NCBI GenBank assembly: GCA_050291745.1 | Contig: JBNKKI010000050.1 | Span: 32,012 to 96,011 of the forward strand | Direction of reading: 5' to 3' | Origin: Gammaproteobacteria bacterium | GTDB lineage: Bacteria > Pseudomonadota > Gammaproteobacteria > GCA-001735895 | DNA: 64,000 nucleotides | Part shown: positions 1 to 10,955 of the stretch, piece after piece | Numbering within the stretch: the first letter of the stretch is position 1 | Layout of the letters: each line of letters starts with the position of its first letter | Position numbers and translations under genes: made by a program | Notes under the pieces: model-generated | The model's input: only the letters and a program-made list of their open reading frames with translations | Told to the model about the DNA's origin: nothing | The model's database searches: none

Positions 1-1315
1 ACATATTATCCATTTCAAAATTTCTGGATGTATCACTGGAAGTAACACCGCCACCTTCATTATGAAGATGACCTTTTTGCATTAACTCCAGGGCATGATC
101 AATCTGAATAAGCTCAGCAGCCATACCTAATAATTTTTCAGAATCAGGAGCTTCTTCACCATCAACAACACTGGCAATCATAGCAATCTGTGCTTCAACC
201 AATTGTCGCTGGGGGCCAAGCCCGATCATTGCTAAAGTATCTGAAATTACATGTAATTCCTGAGGAATGTTTGCCAGCAGTTCCGTATTTTTAATATCTC
301 CATTTACATACACTTCAAGCGTTGATTTAACTTCCTCAATATCGGCTTTTACTGCTTCCGAAACTGTTTTTAATAGCTCATTATTAGGCCCGGCAATAGC
401 ATTAGCCTGATCGTCTGATGAAGGTAAAAATTGTTCCAGGCGATATGCTGTTTTAATGGCCTGACTTTTCGGGCCATCACATTCTGGTTGGGCTATGTAA
501 TAAAGTAAGTTCTTGATCAGTTCTATGGGCTGAACCCTGATCAATTCTTTCTCACCTTTAAGAATCATATTACGAAAAATCTGATCAACCTTCCCCATCA
601 GCATTTTCACAGAAACACCTAAAGGTAAGTTATCACGAGATACAGACTCAATCAGCGCACCTACAATCCACCACAATCGAGCAACTTGCTCTGAGGAGGA
701 ACGCTCTTCCATAATTTCTGTTATTTTTGATATTCGTGACAGATTAGTATCAACATCTTTATCCTGTATCAGGCCTAAAATTGAATATTGATAGGAAGGT
801 CGTAATTTTTTTGCTAATTGACGAGTATGTTGATTCTTATTCTCACTAATAGCATCAAACTCATCATCACCATGCATTGACAGGTCAGGTAAAAAGAGTA
901 ATTTTTCAGAAAATAAATCTTCGTTTTTAGCTGCACGAATGTCGTTCATCAAGGGCAGAATGGCTATTGGGATATCTTTCTGCCCACCCTGAATATGCTC
1001 TAGATAATCAGGTAACTGTAAAACGGCCCTTAGTAGAACCTCGAGAGCCTGTTGATCCTGTTGATGCTCCTTAGCAGAAATAAACTGACATAAAGAACGC
1101 ATTTCCTCTGCCAGCATGGCTGCGCCATACTGCTCTATCATGCTTAGAACACCCTGAATTGCTCTAAGTTTTTCCTGCACTAAATCCAATATTGAAGCAT
1201 CTTTCTCTTCAATATAAACATTAAGCTCTGACCTTATAGTCGAAAGGTTTTCATCAATAGATTTTTTTACCCATCCCAGAGCACTTTGTTTAATGGATGT
1301 ATGTTTAAAATCCAT
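1..1315 (-). CDS. chpA: Chp chemosensory histidine kinase ChpA/PilL, N-terminal part (runs off window)
   Basis: Not in the ORF track. ATG at 1315 gives MDFKHTSIKQSALGWVKKSIDENL, typical of the ChpA N-terminus; lies directly downstream of pilJ. Confidence 0.85.
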   Translation of the reverse strand, partial: MDFKHTSIKQSALGWVKKSIDENLSTIRSELNVYIEEKDASILDLVQEKLRAIQGVLSMIEQYGAAMLAEEMRSLCQFISAKEHQQDQQALEVLLRAVLQLPDYLEHIQGGQKDIPIAILPLMNDIRAAKNEDLFSEKLLFLPDLSMHGDDEFDAISENKNQHTRQLAKKLRPSYQYSILGLIQDKDVDTNLSRISKITEIMEERSSSEQVARLWWIVGALIESVSRDNLPLGVSVKMLMGKVDQIFRNMILKGEKELIRVQPIELIKNLLYYIAQPECDGPKSQAIKTAYRLEQFLPSSDDQANAIAGPNNELLKTVSEAVKADIEEVKSTLEVYVNGDIKNTELLANIPQELHVISDTLAMIGLGPQRQLVEAQIAMIASVVDGEEAPDSEKLLGMAAELIQIDHALELMQKGHLHNEGGGVTSSDTSRNFEMDNM

Positions 1316-1330
1316 GAATAACCTTTTCTG

Positions 1331-3475
1331 TTAATTATTCTGAGTACTATCAGCGTCTAAATCGGAAAGATCTTCAACGCTGTGCATAATAGTACTTTCG
1401 GTAAAATTGCTTTCAGGCAACTTGAATCCCGCTACAGAGTTATGTAACGATTTAACCATTTCAGACAGGTCACCAATCGCTTCAGATGCCTCGGTTGAGC
1501 CTTCTGATGTTTTAATTGTCAATTGTTGTATCTCATTCATACTGTCTGTAATTTCAACAGATTCTTTAGCATGAGCCTGAGTAGAATCAGAAATTTGCAG
1601 AATCCGTTGCGCAAGATTGGTGGAAACTTTTTCAATTTTCTCCAGAGCACTACCTGCATTCTCAGCCAGTGTTGCTCCTTCAACCACATTGGAGGTACTT
1701 TGTTCCATAGACGAAATGGCTTCATTAGTATCAGCCTGGATTGTTTTAACCAGTGCTTCAATCTGTCTGGTAGCATCACCAGTTCTTTCTGCAAGTCTCT
1801 GTACTTCGTCGGCAACCACCGCAAATCCTCGACCAGCTTCACCAGCCATAGCAGCCTGTATAGCTGCATTTAATGCAAGAATATTTGTCTGATCAGAAAT
1901 TTCTGTAATTAAGTTTACGATATCACCGATTTCCTGAGAACTTTCACCCAATCGTTTAATTCGTTTTGAAGTTTCCTGTATTTGCTCTCGAATTGATTCC
2001 ATACCAGAAATTGTTTTCCGTACAGTTTCACCACCATTATGCGCTATATTCACTGAGTTTCTGGCAACATCAGCCGATTCCGTTGCACTGCGAGATACAT
2101 CAGTCATGCTTTCAGAAATATCTTTAATTGCTGCACTGGCTGAGGCTATTTCCCGTGCCTGTTTATCACTGGAATTAGCTAGTTCTATAGTTGTAGCCTG
2201 CGTGCTTGTCACCGCAGCAGTAACCTGAACAGCCGTTTCATTTATAGTTCCAACCAGATCACGCAAAGCATCGATAGAGTAATTTACTGAATCAGCTATA
2301 GCACCGGTTATATCTTCAGTAACTGTTGTATGCGCAGTCAAATCACCATCTGCCAGATTAGCCATTTCATCCAGCAGTCGAAGAATAGCTCGTTGATTCC
2401 GGTCATTCTGGTTTTGTGATTCAGATAATTGTCTGGCTGAGTCCTTAACCAGTTTGATTCCAAGTAATATGAGAAAAACAACACCTACAAGGCCGGCAAT
2501 ATAGGCAAACAGAGTAATGGCCCCAAGACGCTCTTCAGACAGTTTTAAACTATTTTCAAAATCTTTGGAAGCTGACAAAACCTTGGGGCTAATGGTCTGA
2601 ATTTCACTGGCTGCATCTCTAACTTCAAATAATTGAGGAGAATTTTCAAGTATTTGATTTACGTTCTTTTTAACAACCGAGAATAAATCCGCAAACTGTA
2701 ATAATTTACCAACGACTTCATCTCCTGTTAACTGACTAATCCCTATACTTTCATTACCTTCAAGCATCGCAAGCAGCATAATTTCAATCTGAGAGGTTTC
2801 CCGACCAAACTGATCAGCAGCAGCCATCACCACCTCACCACCAGACATAATTTGATTCAGGCTATTCTGCACACTTTGGATTAGTGCTAATTGTCTGGAA
2901 GCATTTGCTATATCTTTTCTATCTGCTTTTGTTCTTACTAAAATTTTGACAACATCATCAGATAAAATCAAAAGTTCTGGAATCGATTCATTGATCAACT
3001 GGACATATTCACTGACCGTTTCAATAGATACTCTGGCATCAAGTATAAGATTTATACTTGAATTATAACTCTTCCAGGCTGCTTCCACATTTTCAAGATC
3101 AGCCTCCAGCTCTATAGGAATTGGAGGAAAACGACCATCTTCAGCTCCATTACGCAATTGATTAAGCGTATTCTCAAAATGAGACTGAAATCTTTTCAGC
3201 TGAACAAATGCAGCCGAATTACCAATGGAGGATTCAAGTGCAAAGGTTGCAATTTGCTGAGACACAAGCTGTTGTTCATTAATAACAGATGCGTACTCTT
3301 TACCATAAATAGACTGGGTATTTTCATAATTAAATAATAACACCATAACCAGAATGGATAATACAATTCCAGCTGCCATAAACAGCAAAAAACCATTTCC
3401 ACTAGTCGCCACTTTTCTACCGGATTTAGCCTTATTAGAGCCAAAATTATTTTTCATATTTTCTATTAACGGCAT
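1331..3475 (-). CDS. pilJ: Methyl-accepting chemotaxis protein PilJ
   Basis: Two TM segments, MCP signature [30 protein letters not shown], position in the pilGHIJ operon. Confidence 0.93.
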   Translation of the reverse strand: MPLIENMKNNFGSNKAKSGRKVATSGNGFLLFMAAGIVLSILVMVLLFNYENTQSIYGKEYASVINEQQLVSQQIATFALESSIGNSAAFVQLKRFQSHFENTLNQLRNGAEDGRFPPIPIELEADLENVEAAWKSYNSSINLILDARVSIETVSEYVQLINESIPELLILSDDVVKILVRTKADRKDIANASRQLALIQSVQNSLNQIMSGGEVVMAAADQFGRETSQIEIMLLAMLEGNESIGISQLTGDEVVGKLLQFADLFSVVKKNVNQILENSPQLFEVRDAASEIQTISPKVLSASKDFENSLKLSEERLGAITLFAYIAGLVGVVFLILLGIKLVKDSARQLSESQNQNDRNQRAILRLLDEMANLADGDLTAHTTVTEDITGAIADSVNYSIDALRDLVGTINETAVQVTAAVTSTQATTIELANSSDKQAREIASASAAIKDISESMTDVSRSATESADVARNSVNIAHNGGETVRKTISGMESIREQIQETSKRIKRLGESSQEIGDIVNLITEISDQTNILALNAAIQAAMAGEAGRGFAVVADEVQRLAERTGDATRQIEALVKTIQADTNEAISSMEQSTSNVVEGATLAENAGSALEKIEKVSTNLAQRILQISDSTQAHAKESVEITDSMNEIQQLTIKTSEGSTEASEAIGDLSEMVKSLHNSVAGFKLPESNFTESTIMHSVEDLSDLDADSTQNN

Positions 3476-3511
3476 ATTACCCTCTGTAATTAAAACTACC
3501 GACCATTTGAT

Positions 3512-4045
3512 CTAAACTACCCTTAAAAAGCGCTCATGACTGACCAGTTTTCCAATATCGAAAACACTCCAGTCGGACTGTAAATCTTTAAATATCCCAT
3601 CTAAATAAGGTTCCAACACCCCCATTTTAGAAGGATTTGAATCTATTTTTGATTCTGGCTTAAAACGTCTCATACCATAAACCTCTTCAACCAGAAGACC
3701 GGCCATGATGTTATTCCTGTTAATAATTAATACCCGGGTATTTTTTCCTGATGGAATAAAATTACCATTTAAATACGCATGCATATCAAGAATAGGTAAA
3801 AGTGTGCCGCGAATATTTGCCAGGCCTTTTACCCAGTTTTTTACGCCTGGTACACGTATAGTTTCGGGAGGAGGTAAAATTTCTGTCACATCAGACATTT
3901 TAGCAATCATCTGGTTTCCATTTAAACTGAAACCAATCCCTACCCAATCTGACTCTACTACTTCTCCAGCAGGCAATCCCAGAGCATTAGCTCTGCATCG
4001 CTGATCAAAATCCTGTAAAACTAAATATGGAGATGCGAGACTCAT
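3512..4045 (-). CDS. pilI: CheW-like protein PilI
   Basis: VPGVKNWVKGLANIRG CheW motif; operon context. Confidence 0.9.
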   Translation of the reverse strand: MSLASPYLVLQDFDQRCRANALGLPAGEVVESDWVGIGFSLNGNQMIAKMSDVTEILPPPETIRVPGVKNWVKGLANIRGTLLPILDMHAYLNGNFIPSGKNTRVLIINRNNIMAGLLVEEVYGMRRFKPESKIDSNPSKMGVLEPYLDGIFKDLQSDWSVFDIGKLVSHERFLRVV

Positions 4046-4049
4046 AAAA

Positions 4050-4412
4050 TCAGCTTAAAACTTTGTTAATTCTTTCCATCAATTCAGCTTCATTGGCTGG
4101 TTTCACGATATAATCCTTCGCCCCCTGCCGCATCCCCCATATCTTGTCGGTTTCCTGATCTTTGGTCGTAATAATAATGACAGGAATATTAGCGGTTACA
4201 GGATTACGGCTTAAATCTCTGGTCGCCTGAAACCCATTTTTACCCGGCATGACTACATCCATCAAAATACAATCAGGTTTAACCTCTATGGCTTTGGCGA
4301 TACCCTCTTCACCATTGGTTGCAATTGAAACTTCTATCTTGTTTCTCTCCAGAATGGTCTTGAAGACATGTACTTCAGTGGGAGAATCATCAACTATTAA
4401 AATATGTGTCAT
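4050..4412 (-). CDS. pilH: Response regulator PilH
   Basis: Single receiver domain ILIVDDSPT...MDVVMP...NGFQATR...TTKDQETDKIWG. Confidence 0.93.
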   Translation of the reverse strand: MTHILIVDDSPTEVHVFKTILERNKIEVSIATNGEEGIAKAIEVKPDCILMDVVMPGKNGFQATRDLSRNPVTANIPVIIITTKDQETDKIWGMRQGAKDYIVKPANEAELMERINKVLS

Positions 4413-4448
4413 AAGAATTTTATTTTGTGCTCATATAGTGAGTTAAGT

Positions 4449-4865
4449 TCAAACGCCAGTAACATGAGAAGTTATAGCAGAAATTAAATCTTCTTTTGAA
4501 AATGGTTTTGTTAAATATTCTTCTGAACCAACAATACGGCCTCTTGCCCGATCAAATATACTATCCTTACTGGACAACATAATAACTGGTGTTGATTTAA
4601 AAGTTTGATTGTTTTTTATCAAAGCACATGTCTGATATCCATCCAGTCGAGGCATCATAATATCTACAAAAATGATATCGGGATGATGCTCTGTAATTTT
4701 TGCCAAAGCCTCAAATCCATCAGTAGCAGTTACTACTTCACATCCGACTTTTTTTAATAGCGTTTCCGCACTTCGTCGTATAGTTTTACTATCATCAATG
4801 ACCATCACTTTGACATTCAATTGTAACGATGGCTGTTTTCCAGTTTGTTGGGACTCGTCGCTCAC
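4449..4865 (-). CDS. pilG: Response regulator PilG
   Basis: KVMVIDDSKTIRRSAETLL...FVDIMMPRLDGYQTC. Confidence 0.95.
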   Translation of the reverse strand: MSDESQQTGKQPSLQLNVKVMVIDDSKTIRRSAETLLKKVGCEVVTATDGFEALAKITEHHPDIIFVDIMMPRLDGYQTCALIKNNQTFKSTPVIMLSSKDSIFDRARGRIVGSEEYLTKPFSKEDLISAITSHVTGV

Positions 4866-5074
4866 ATTTCCCCCGTATTAAGGTAAAGGCTGATCTACTC
4901 TGTCAGCTAGCAAAAGAATTATAGACGTTTTTACCTTCAAAACCAGTCATTTAATGAAAAAAAGTGAAGTAAATTCTACAATACCTGTATAAGCTAAAAG
5001 GTTGATGCAAATAATTATTCATTAGCCACCTAATAATCAGTAAACTACAGACTGGAATACAACAACACTATTTT

Positions 5075-5437
5075 ATGAATCAAAACAATCTATTCTCAGT
5101 GTCCAGACTGATAAACGCTAACCTTCATCCAGCAACAGAATTAACACTTCATCGGGTTAAGCGACACGTAAACAAAACAAGTATAGAAGACTTTCCGCCA
5201 TGTGCCATCATTTTAAATAATAATTTATCCGGTGGGCGTCCAGAAATACTGAAAGCTATACGCCAGTTGAAGCAAAAACAATTCATTAAAATATCAGTCA
5301 ACAAGGATTATGGCAACTCTACAGATCAAAAAATGAGCAAAGAAACAACCCCAAACCATTTTTATGCCTTTGATAATATTGGGCATCTTGAACTGTTGCA
5401 GCAGATAAAACAGACAGAGGAATCACATCTGGTATGA
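5075..5437 (+). pseudogene. gshA: Internally deleted remnant of glutamate-cysteine ligase GshA (Acidithiobacillus/betaproteobacterial type)
   Basis: DFPPCAIILNNNLSGGRPEIL and PNHFYAF..IGHLELL resemble separate motifs of this GshA family; only 120 aa; overlaps the gshB start. Confidence 0.65.
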
Positions 5438-6393
5438 AAAAATTTAAACTGGGCATTGTGATGGATGCCATCGAAACAATAAAAACTTATAAAGACAGTA
5501 GTTTTGCGATGATGCTTGAAGCTCAGTCACGTGGCTGGGAAATACACTACATGCAAATACATGATCTCTATATGGAATCTGGTATCAGCCTTGCTGAAGC
5601 TCATCAAATAAGCATAACAGACCAGGCCACTGATTATTTTCAACTTAAAAAAGCAGAAATCATTCAGCTGGCAGACCTTGATGTCATTCTGATGCGTAAA
5701 GACCCACCGTTTGATTTAGAATATATTTATGCAACTTATTTACTGGAACAGGCAGAACAACAGGGCACATTAGTAGTCAATAAACCACAAAGTTTACGTG
5801 ACTGTAATGAAAAATTATTTACCCGGGAATTTCCTCAATGCTGCACCGCGACCAGAGTTGCCAGAAAGCCCGAATTACTCAAACAATTTCTGTCCATCCA
5901 TAAGGATATCATCATTAAACCGCTTGACGGTATGGGCGGGAAATCCATTTTCCGTATTAAGCAGGGTGATCCAAATACCAACGCTATTATAGAATCTGTA
6001 ACCCAATATGGTAGCAACCAGACGATGGTTCAAAAATTTATCCCTGAGATATCAGCTGGTGACAAACGTATTTTATTAATCGATGGCGAACCTGTTCCCT
6101 ATGCTCTGGCACGCATTCCAGCAGAAGGCGAAAACAGGGGAAACCTGGCAGCAGGTGCCAGCTCAATTGGACAAGCATTAAGCGAGCGTGATTACTGGCT
6201 TTGCAAACAAATAGCACCCACTTTACGTAAAAAGGGATTAATTTTTGTAGGTATTGATGTGATAGGTGATTATTTAACTGAAATTAACGTTACCAGCCCA
6301 ACCTGCATTAGAGAACTGGACAAACAGTTCAACATCAATATCAGTCGAGATTTATTTGACTGTATTCAGTCAAAACTGGAAGGCAGGTCATAA
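5434..6393 (+). CDS. gshB: Glutathione synthetase
   Basis: MRKDPPFD, KPLDGMGG, RGNLAAG, EINVTSPT. Confidence 0.97.
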   Translation: MKKFKLGIVMDAIETIKTYKDSSFAMMLEAQSRGWEIHYMQIHDLYMESGISLAEAHQISITDQATDYFQLKKAEIIQLADLDVILMRKDPPFDLEYIYATYLLEQAEQQGTLVVNKPQSLRDCNEKLFTREFPQCCTATRVARKPELLKQFLSIHKDIIIKPLDGMGGKSIFRIKQGDPNTNAIIESVTQYGSNQTMVQKFIPEISAGDKRILLIDGEPVPYALARIPAEGENRGNLAAGASSIGQALSERDYWLCKQIAPTLRKKGLIFVGIDVIGDYLTEINVTSPTCIRELDKQFNINISRDLFDCIQSKLEGRS

Positions 6394-7451
6394 TCATTAA
6401 CAAGCAATTCTTTTTAGTCACTACAGCCTGGTTCTGTCTGGCATTACTGAGCGCCTGTCAACCCGCCCGGGTTTTTCAACAACGATTTCTGGAATTTGGC
6501 ACAATCATCGACATTTCACTGGTTACCTCCAGCCAGGATGAAGCCTTTAAAACCTTTAATGAAATCGAAAAACTTCTGATAAAACGCCACTCCGAATGGC
6601 ATGGCTGGCAGGATGGCGCATTAAAGCAATTCAATGATGCATTAATTGAACAATACAATAATCACTCCAATAACATGGTTGAAATACCACAAACACTGCA
6701 ATTACTTATCAATGATTCAAAAAAATATTATCAATTAAGTGATGGCAGATTTAATCCAGCCATGGGTAAATTGATAGCAGCCTGGGGTTTTCATCAGAAA
6801 GCCAGTCCGGATCGGGCATTAATCGACAGTATAAAACAGGATATTCCTGGAATGGATGACCTGATAATCAAAGATAATCGAGCCAGAATTGCAAACCCGA
6901 ATTTTCAACTTGATTTTGGGGCTATTGCTAAAGGCCTTGGGGTAAGACAAATTGCCGAATTAATTACCAAAAATCAAATACAAAATTTTATTATTAATGC
7001 TGGTGGAGATATTTTTGCTCAGGGCCAAAAACCACAATCAAAATGGCGTATAGCGATAGAAAACCCATTTCAAAAAGATATCAATACCGATAGAGTATTT
7101 GCCAGTATTCAAATAACAAAACCTTTAAGTGTTTTTACTTCAGGCAATTATCGACGTTTTTATATCGATAAACAGAATCAGAGGCGTCACCACATCATTA
7201 ACCCGTTAACAGGTGAACCATCTTTAAACATAAGTGCAATCACAATTCTACATAAAGACCCTGTTATCGCGGATGTTGCAGCAACAACCCTGATGCTCAC
7301 CAAACCAGAAGAACTTCAAAATATGGCAAAAAAACTGGGCATAAAGGATTATCTGGCCATTACCGAGCAACATGAGGTTTATATCAGCCATTCAATGATG
7401 GAAAAAATTGACTGGGAAGAAAAGTCTATTTTTAAAATTCATCAACTTTAA
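6390..7451 (+). CDS. apbE: FAD:protein FMN transferase ApbE (lipoprotein)
   Basis: LDFGAIAKG, NAGGD, TSGNYRR, HHIINP. The frame is open upstream of ATG 6675 and includes a lipobox LLSAC at 6444-6458; the true start is uncertain (about 6390). Confidence 0.85.
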   Translation: MIINKQFFLVTTAWFCLALLSACQPARVFQQRFLEFGTIIDISLVTSSQDEAFKTFNEIEKLLIKRHSEWHGWQDGALKQFNDALIEQYNNHSNNMVEIPQTLQLLINDSKKYYQLSDGRFNPAMGKLIAAWGFHQKASPDRALIDSIKQDIPGMDDLIIKDNRARIANPNFQLDFGAIAKGLGVRQIAELITKNQIQNFIINAGGDIFAQGQKPQSKWRIAIENPFQKDINTDRVFASIQITKPLSVFTSGNYRRFYIDKQNQRRHHIINPLTGEPSLNISAITILHKDPVIADVAATTLMLTKPEELQNMAKKLGIKDYLAITEQHEVYISHSMMEKIDWEEKSIFKIHQL

Positions 7452-7521
7452 ATAAAATTACTACAAACCTTATGAATAAATTACTGGTAGCTCGATCTGC
7501 TTATTGGCAGAATATTAAAGT

Positions 7522-8430
7522 ATGACTGAATCCACAAATTTACCAGCAGCAGCAAAAATAGGCGTGAATGACCGGCTGGGTTTTACGCTCTTTATAGCCT
7601 TGAGTCTGCACATAGTTTTTATATTAGGTGTAGGCTTTTCGCAGTCTAAAGCTAATCAATCTGAATCTGCACCCAGCCTGGACATTATCATTGCGAACAC
7701 AGAAAGCCCCGAAGAACCAGATGAAGCGGATTACCTCGCGCAATCCAATCAGAAAGGAGGAGGAAACCAGGAAGAAAAGGCCAGACCCGGCGCTCCTGTC
7801 TCTGCACCATCGCCTTTAAATCAGCAGGGATTATCTGATCGCATGCAAATACAGCAGGCGGCCAACGAAATAAAACTGGAAAAAATTTATTACATTAATC
7901 AACGGGAAGCTGAACAAAAAATCACTCACCGAAAAAATTCTGATAGCTCGAAAATTAAAAATAGCAATACTATTTCAATTCAACAACAGCGGCGGGACAT
8001 AGCCAGCCTGCAGGCAGAAATTCGTAAAATTACTCAGGCCTATGCGAAGCGTCCACGTGAAATAGCATTAACAGCCAGTACCAAAGAAGCGGTGGAAGCC
8101 GGTTACCTGGCTCAATGGGTACGAAAAATTGAACATATTGGAAATTTAAATTATCCAGCTGAAGCCGAGGTAAACAAAATCAGTGGCAGCCTGCTTGTAA
8201 ATGTGCGTATAAATGCTGAAGGCAATATCATAGATATTAATATTTCACGACCATCCGGATACAGCATACTTGATCAGGCAGCCAGAAGAATTGTAAATCT
8301 GGCAGGACCATTCGCACCTTTTCCTGCTAAACTAAGAGAAAAGGCAGACCAGATCGTTATTGTACGTACATGGGATTTTAAATCTAATAAATTTACAACC
8401 AATGGCCAGCAGAATCAGGAACCCGGATGA
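7522..8430 (+). CDS. TonB family energy transducer
   Basis: N-terminal TM, ADYLAQSNQKGGG, C-terminal TonB domain (GNLNYP...SGYSILDQAA); usual position before algH. Confidence 0.85.
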   Translation: MTESTNLPAAAKIGVNDRLGFTLFIALSLHIVFILGVGFSQSKANQSESAPSLDIIIANTESPEEPDEADYLAQSNQKGGGNQEEKARPGAPVSAPSPLNQQGLSDRMQIQQAANEIKLEKIYYINQREAEQKITHRKNSDSSKIKNSNTISIQQQRRDIASLQAEIRKITQAYAKRPREIALTASTKEAVEAGYLAQWVRKIEHIGNLNYPAEAEVNKISGSLLVNVRINAEGNIIDINISRPSGYSILDQAARRIVNLAGPFAPFPAKLREKADQIVIVRTWDFKSNKFTTNGQQNQEPG

Positions 8431-8993
8431 ATACCAACAACCTGTCAAATCAATACCTGCTTGCAACACCTAGCATTAAAGACCCGTTATTTGCTTCAAG
8501 TATGGTGTACCTGTGTGATCATTCTAAAGATGGCAGCATGGGTATGGTAGTCAATCACCTGTCAGATCAAAAGCTTGGTGATATTTTAACTCACCTGAAT
8601 ATTAACTGTTCCAATCAGGAGATTTTAGAAAAACCAGTATTTATCGGTGGACCAGTCAACCTGCAACAGGGTTTTGTATTGCACACACCTCAGCCCCAGT
8701 CAAACTGGGAAAAAACATTACAGGTCGGACCAAATATCAGCCTAACCAGTTCAAAAGATATTCTCGAGGCTATAGCTAATAATGAAGGTCCAGAACAATT
8801 CATGGTATTACTCGGCTTTTCCGGCTGGTCAGCTGGACAACTGGAACAGGAATTACAAAATAATTCATGGCTTACAGCCGTTTCATCTGAACTAATAACC
8901 TTTAATGAAAATATTGATGCAAAATGGCAAATGGCTTTCGATACACTAGGGTTTAATCTCGATAAATTATCGCCAATCACAGGTAATGCCTAA
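8427..8993 (+). CDS. algH: YqgE/AlgH family protein
   Basis: GGPV, GFVLH, GWSAGQLEQEL..NSW. Confidence 0.93.
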   Translation: MNTNNLSNQYLLATPSIKDPLFASSMVYLCDHSKDGSMGMVVNHLSDQKLGDILTHLNINCSNQEILEKPVFIGGPVNLQQGFVLHTPQPQSNWEKTLQVGPNISLTSSKDILEAIANNEGPEQFMVLLGFSGWSAGQLEQELQNNSWLTAVSSELITFNENIDAKWQMAFDTLGFNLDKLSPITGNA

Positions 8994-9420
8994 GTTGAAT
9001 AAAGCTGTGATGGGTTTCGACTATGGAACCAGCTGGATAGGAACCGCCATTGGTCAAACTTTAACCAGAACAGCCTCTCCTTTACAGGGTATCAGGGTTA
9101 TTAATAATAAACCGGAGTGGCATATCATAAGCAAACTCATTGAAACCTGGCAGCCAGCAAAGCTTATAATCGGCCTGCCAACCAGCATGCGTGAAATTGA
9201 TTCCCCAATGACGGAAAAAGCTAAACGTTTCAGTCGACAGCTGGAAGGACGCTATAACATCGAAGTCGAGCTGGTTGACGAAAGATTAACAACCCGGGAA
9301 GCCTGGCAAATAGTTGAAGAATGTGCCCATAAAAAAATTCAGAAACAGGAAATTGACTGTATAGCGGCAGTACTCATTACCGAAACCTGGTTAAATCAAC
9401 AAAAATCAACTGATAATTAA
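8986..9420 (+). CDS. ruvX: YqgF/RuvX pre-16S rRNA nuclease
   Basis: GFDYG, IIGLP, VDERLTT, IDCIAAVLI. Confidence 0.93.
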   Translation: MPKLNKAVMGFDYGTSWIGTAIGQTLTRTASPLQGIRVINNKPEWHIISKLIETWQPAKLIIGLPTSMREIDSPMTEKAKRFSRQLEGRYNIEVELVDERLTTREAWQIVEECAHKKIQKQEIDCIAAVLITETWLNQQKSTDN

Positions 9421-9488
9421 TCAAAGGAGGATGAGAAATAAAGCGCAGTGTGCTATAAAACGCCTACTTTAAAAACTAGCTTCATCAA

Positions 9489-9995
9489 GTGACTGAATTA
9501 TCCGTTAACAAACTGATCCAGCAACTCACCGAATCACTGTCTCCCTTATTTTCAAGTGAAGATCAGCCCGTTATTGTTGGAATAGAAACCGGGGGATATC
9601 TGGTAGCAAAAGCCCTCTATAACAATCTAAAACCAGACAATGAACTGGGTAAATTAAATATCACTTTTTATCGGGATGATTTCACAAAAATCGGCTTACA
9701 CCCTACCGTCAAACCATCAAATCTACCGACTAATATTGATGGAAAAACAATCATTCTGGTTGATGATGTACTGTACTCAGGACGAACAGTGAGAGCAGCC
9801 ATGAATGAACTGTTTGATTATGGACGTCCAGATAAAATTTTACTGGTTATTTTAATTGACCGGGGCGGCAGGGAACTACCTATTCAGGCTGATTTTATCG
9901 GTCAAACTATTGATCTGGCAGAAGATGAGCAAATTAAACTGACTGATCAGGATTCTCTCACACTTAGCATCCAGAAAAATAAGATTGATCTATGA
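9489..9995 (+). CDS. pyrR: PyrR regulator / uracil phosphoribosyltransferase
   Basis: [32 protein letters not shown]. Confidence 0.95.
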   Translation: MTELSVNKLIQQLTESLSPLFSSEDQPVIVGIETGGYLVAKALYNNLKPDNELGKLNITFYRDDFTKIGLHPTVKPSNLPTNIDGKTIILVDDVLYSGRTVRAAMNELFDYGRPDKILLVILIDRGGRELPIQADFIGQTIDLAEDEQIKLTDQDSLTLSIQKNKIDL

Positions 9996-10951
9996 CTATT
10001 AAAAACCTTCAATTAAATGAAAACGGAAAACTCAGGCATTTTCTCAGCATTGAAGGTTTAAATAAAACAATTCTTAACGATATACTGGATACCGCCGAGT
10101 CATTTACTTCTGTGACTGATCGCAGTATCAAAAAGGTGCCTATCTTACGCGGCAAGACAGTTGCAAATCTATTTTTTGAAGCCAGCACCCGAACAAGAGC
10201 TACTTTTGAACTGGCAGCACAAAGACTCTCTGCAGACATACTCAGTCTCGATATCAAGACTTCATCTGCGGTAAAAGGTGAATCCCTGCTAGACACTCTG
10301 CATAACCTGCAAGCCATGCAAATCGATATGTTTGTCATTCGTCATCAGGATAGCGGTAGCGCCCATTTTTTTGCCCAACATGTCGCTCCGGGAGTTAGTG
10401 TATTAAATGCTGGAGATGGCCAGCATTCTCATCCAACCCAGGCCATGCTGGATATGTTTACAATCCGCCGGCATAAGGGTGATTTCGAAAACCTCAGCAT
10501 AGCAATCGTTGGAGACATTAAACATTCACGTGTCGCCCGTTCTCAAATTCATGCATTAAATATTTTAAATACCGGACAGGTCAGAGTCATAGCACCCCGC
10601 ACCTTAATACCTGAACAGACAGAAACCATGGGCGTGCAGGTATACCATGATCTGGATGAAGGACTTAAAGGTGTAGATGTAATTATTATGCTACGCCTGC
10701 AAAAGGAACGTATGACCGGAGCCCTGTTACCCAGTGAGCAGGAATATTTTCAGCAATATGGACTAACTGCTGAACGAGTAAAAAATGCAAAAGCCGATGC
10801 CATTGTCATGCATCCCGGTCCAGCTAATCGTGGCATAGAAATCGAATCATCAGTCATGGATGGTAAACAATCAGTGATATTACAACAGGTTACCTACGGT
10901 ATCGCCGTACGGATGGCCGTCATGTCCATGATCGCTTCACAACCGGTGTAG
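9992..10951 (+). CDS. pyrB: Aspartate carbamoyltransferase catalytic subunit
   Basis: [21 protein letters not shown]. Confidence 0.97.
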   Translation: MTIKNLQLNENGKLRHFLSIEGLNKTILNDILDTAESFTSVTDRSIKKVPILRGKTVANLFFEASTRTRATFELAAQRLSADILSLDIKTSSAVKGESLLDTLHNLQAMQIDMFVIRHQDSGSAHFFAQHVAPGVSVLNAGDGQHSHPTQAMLDMFTIRRHKGDFENLSIAIVGDIKHSRVARSQIHALNILNTGQVRVIAPRTLIPEQTETMGVQVYHDLDEGLKGVDVIIMLRLQKERMTGALLPSEQEYFQQYGLTAERVKNAKADAIVMHPGPANRGIEIESSVMDGKQSVILQQVTYGIAVRMAVMSMIASQPV

Positions 10952-10955
10952 CTAT

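Noticed and set aside
1315-1331. No pilK between pilJ and chpA
   Set aside because: A common variant of the Chp operon
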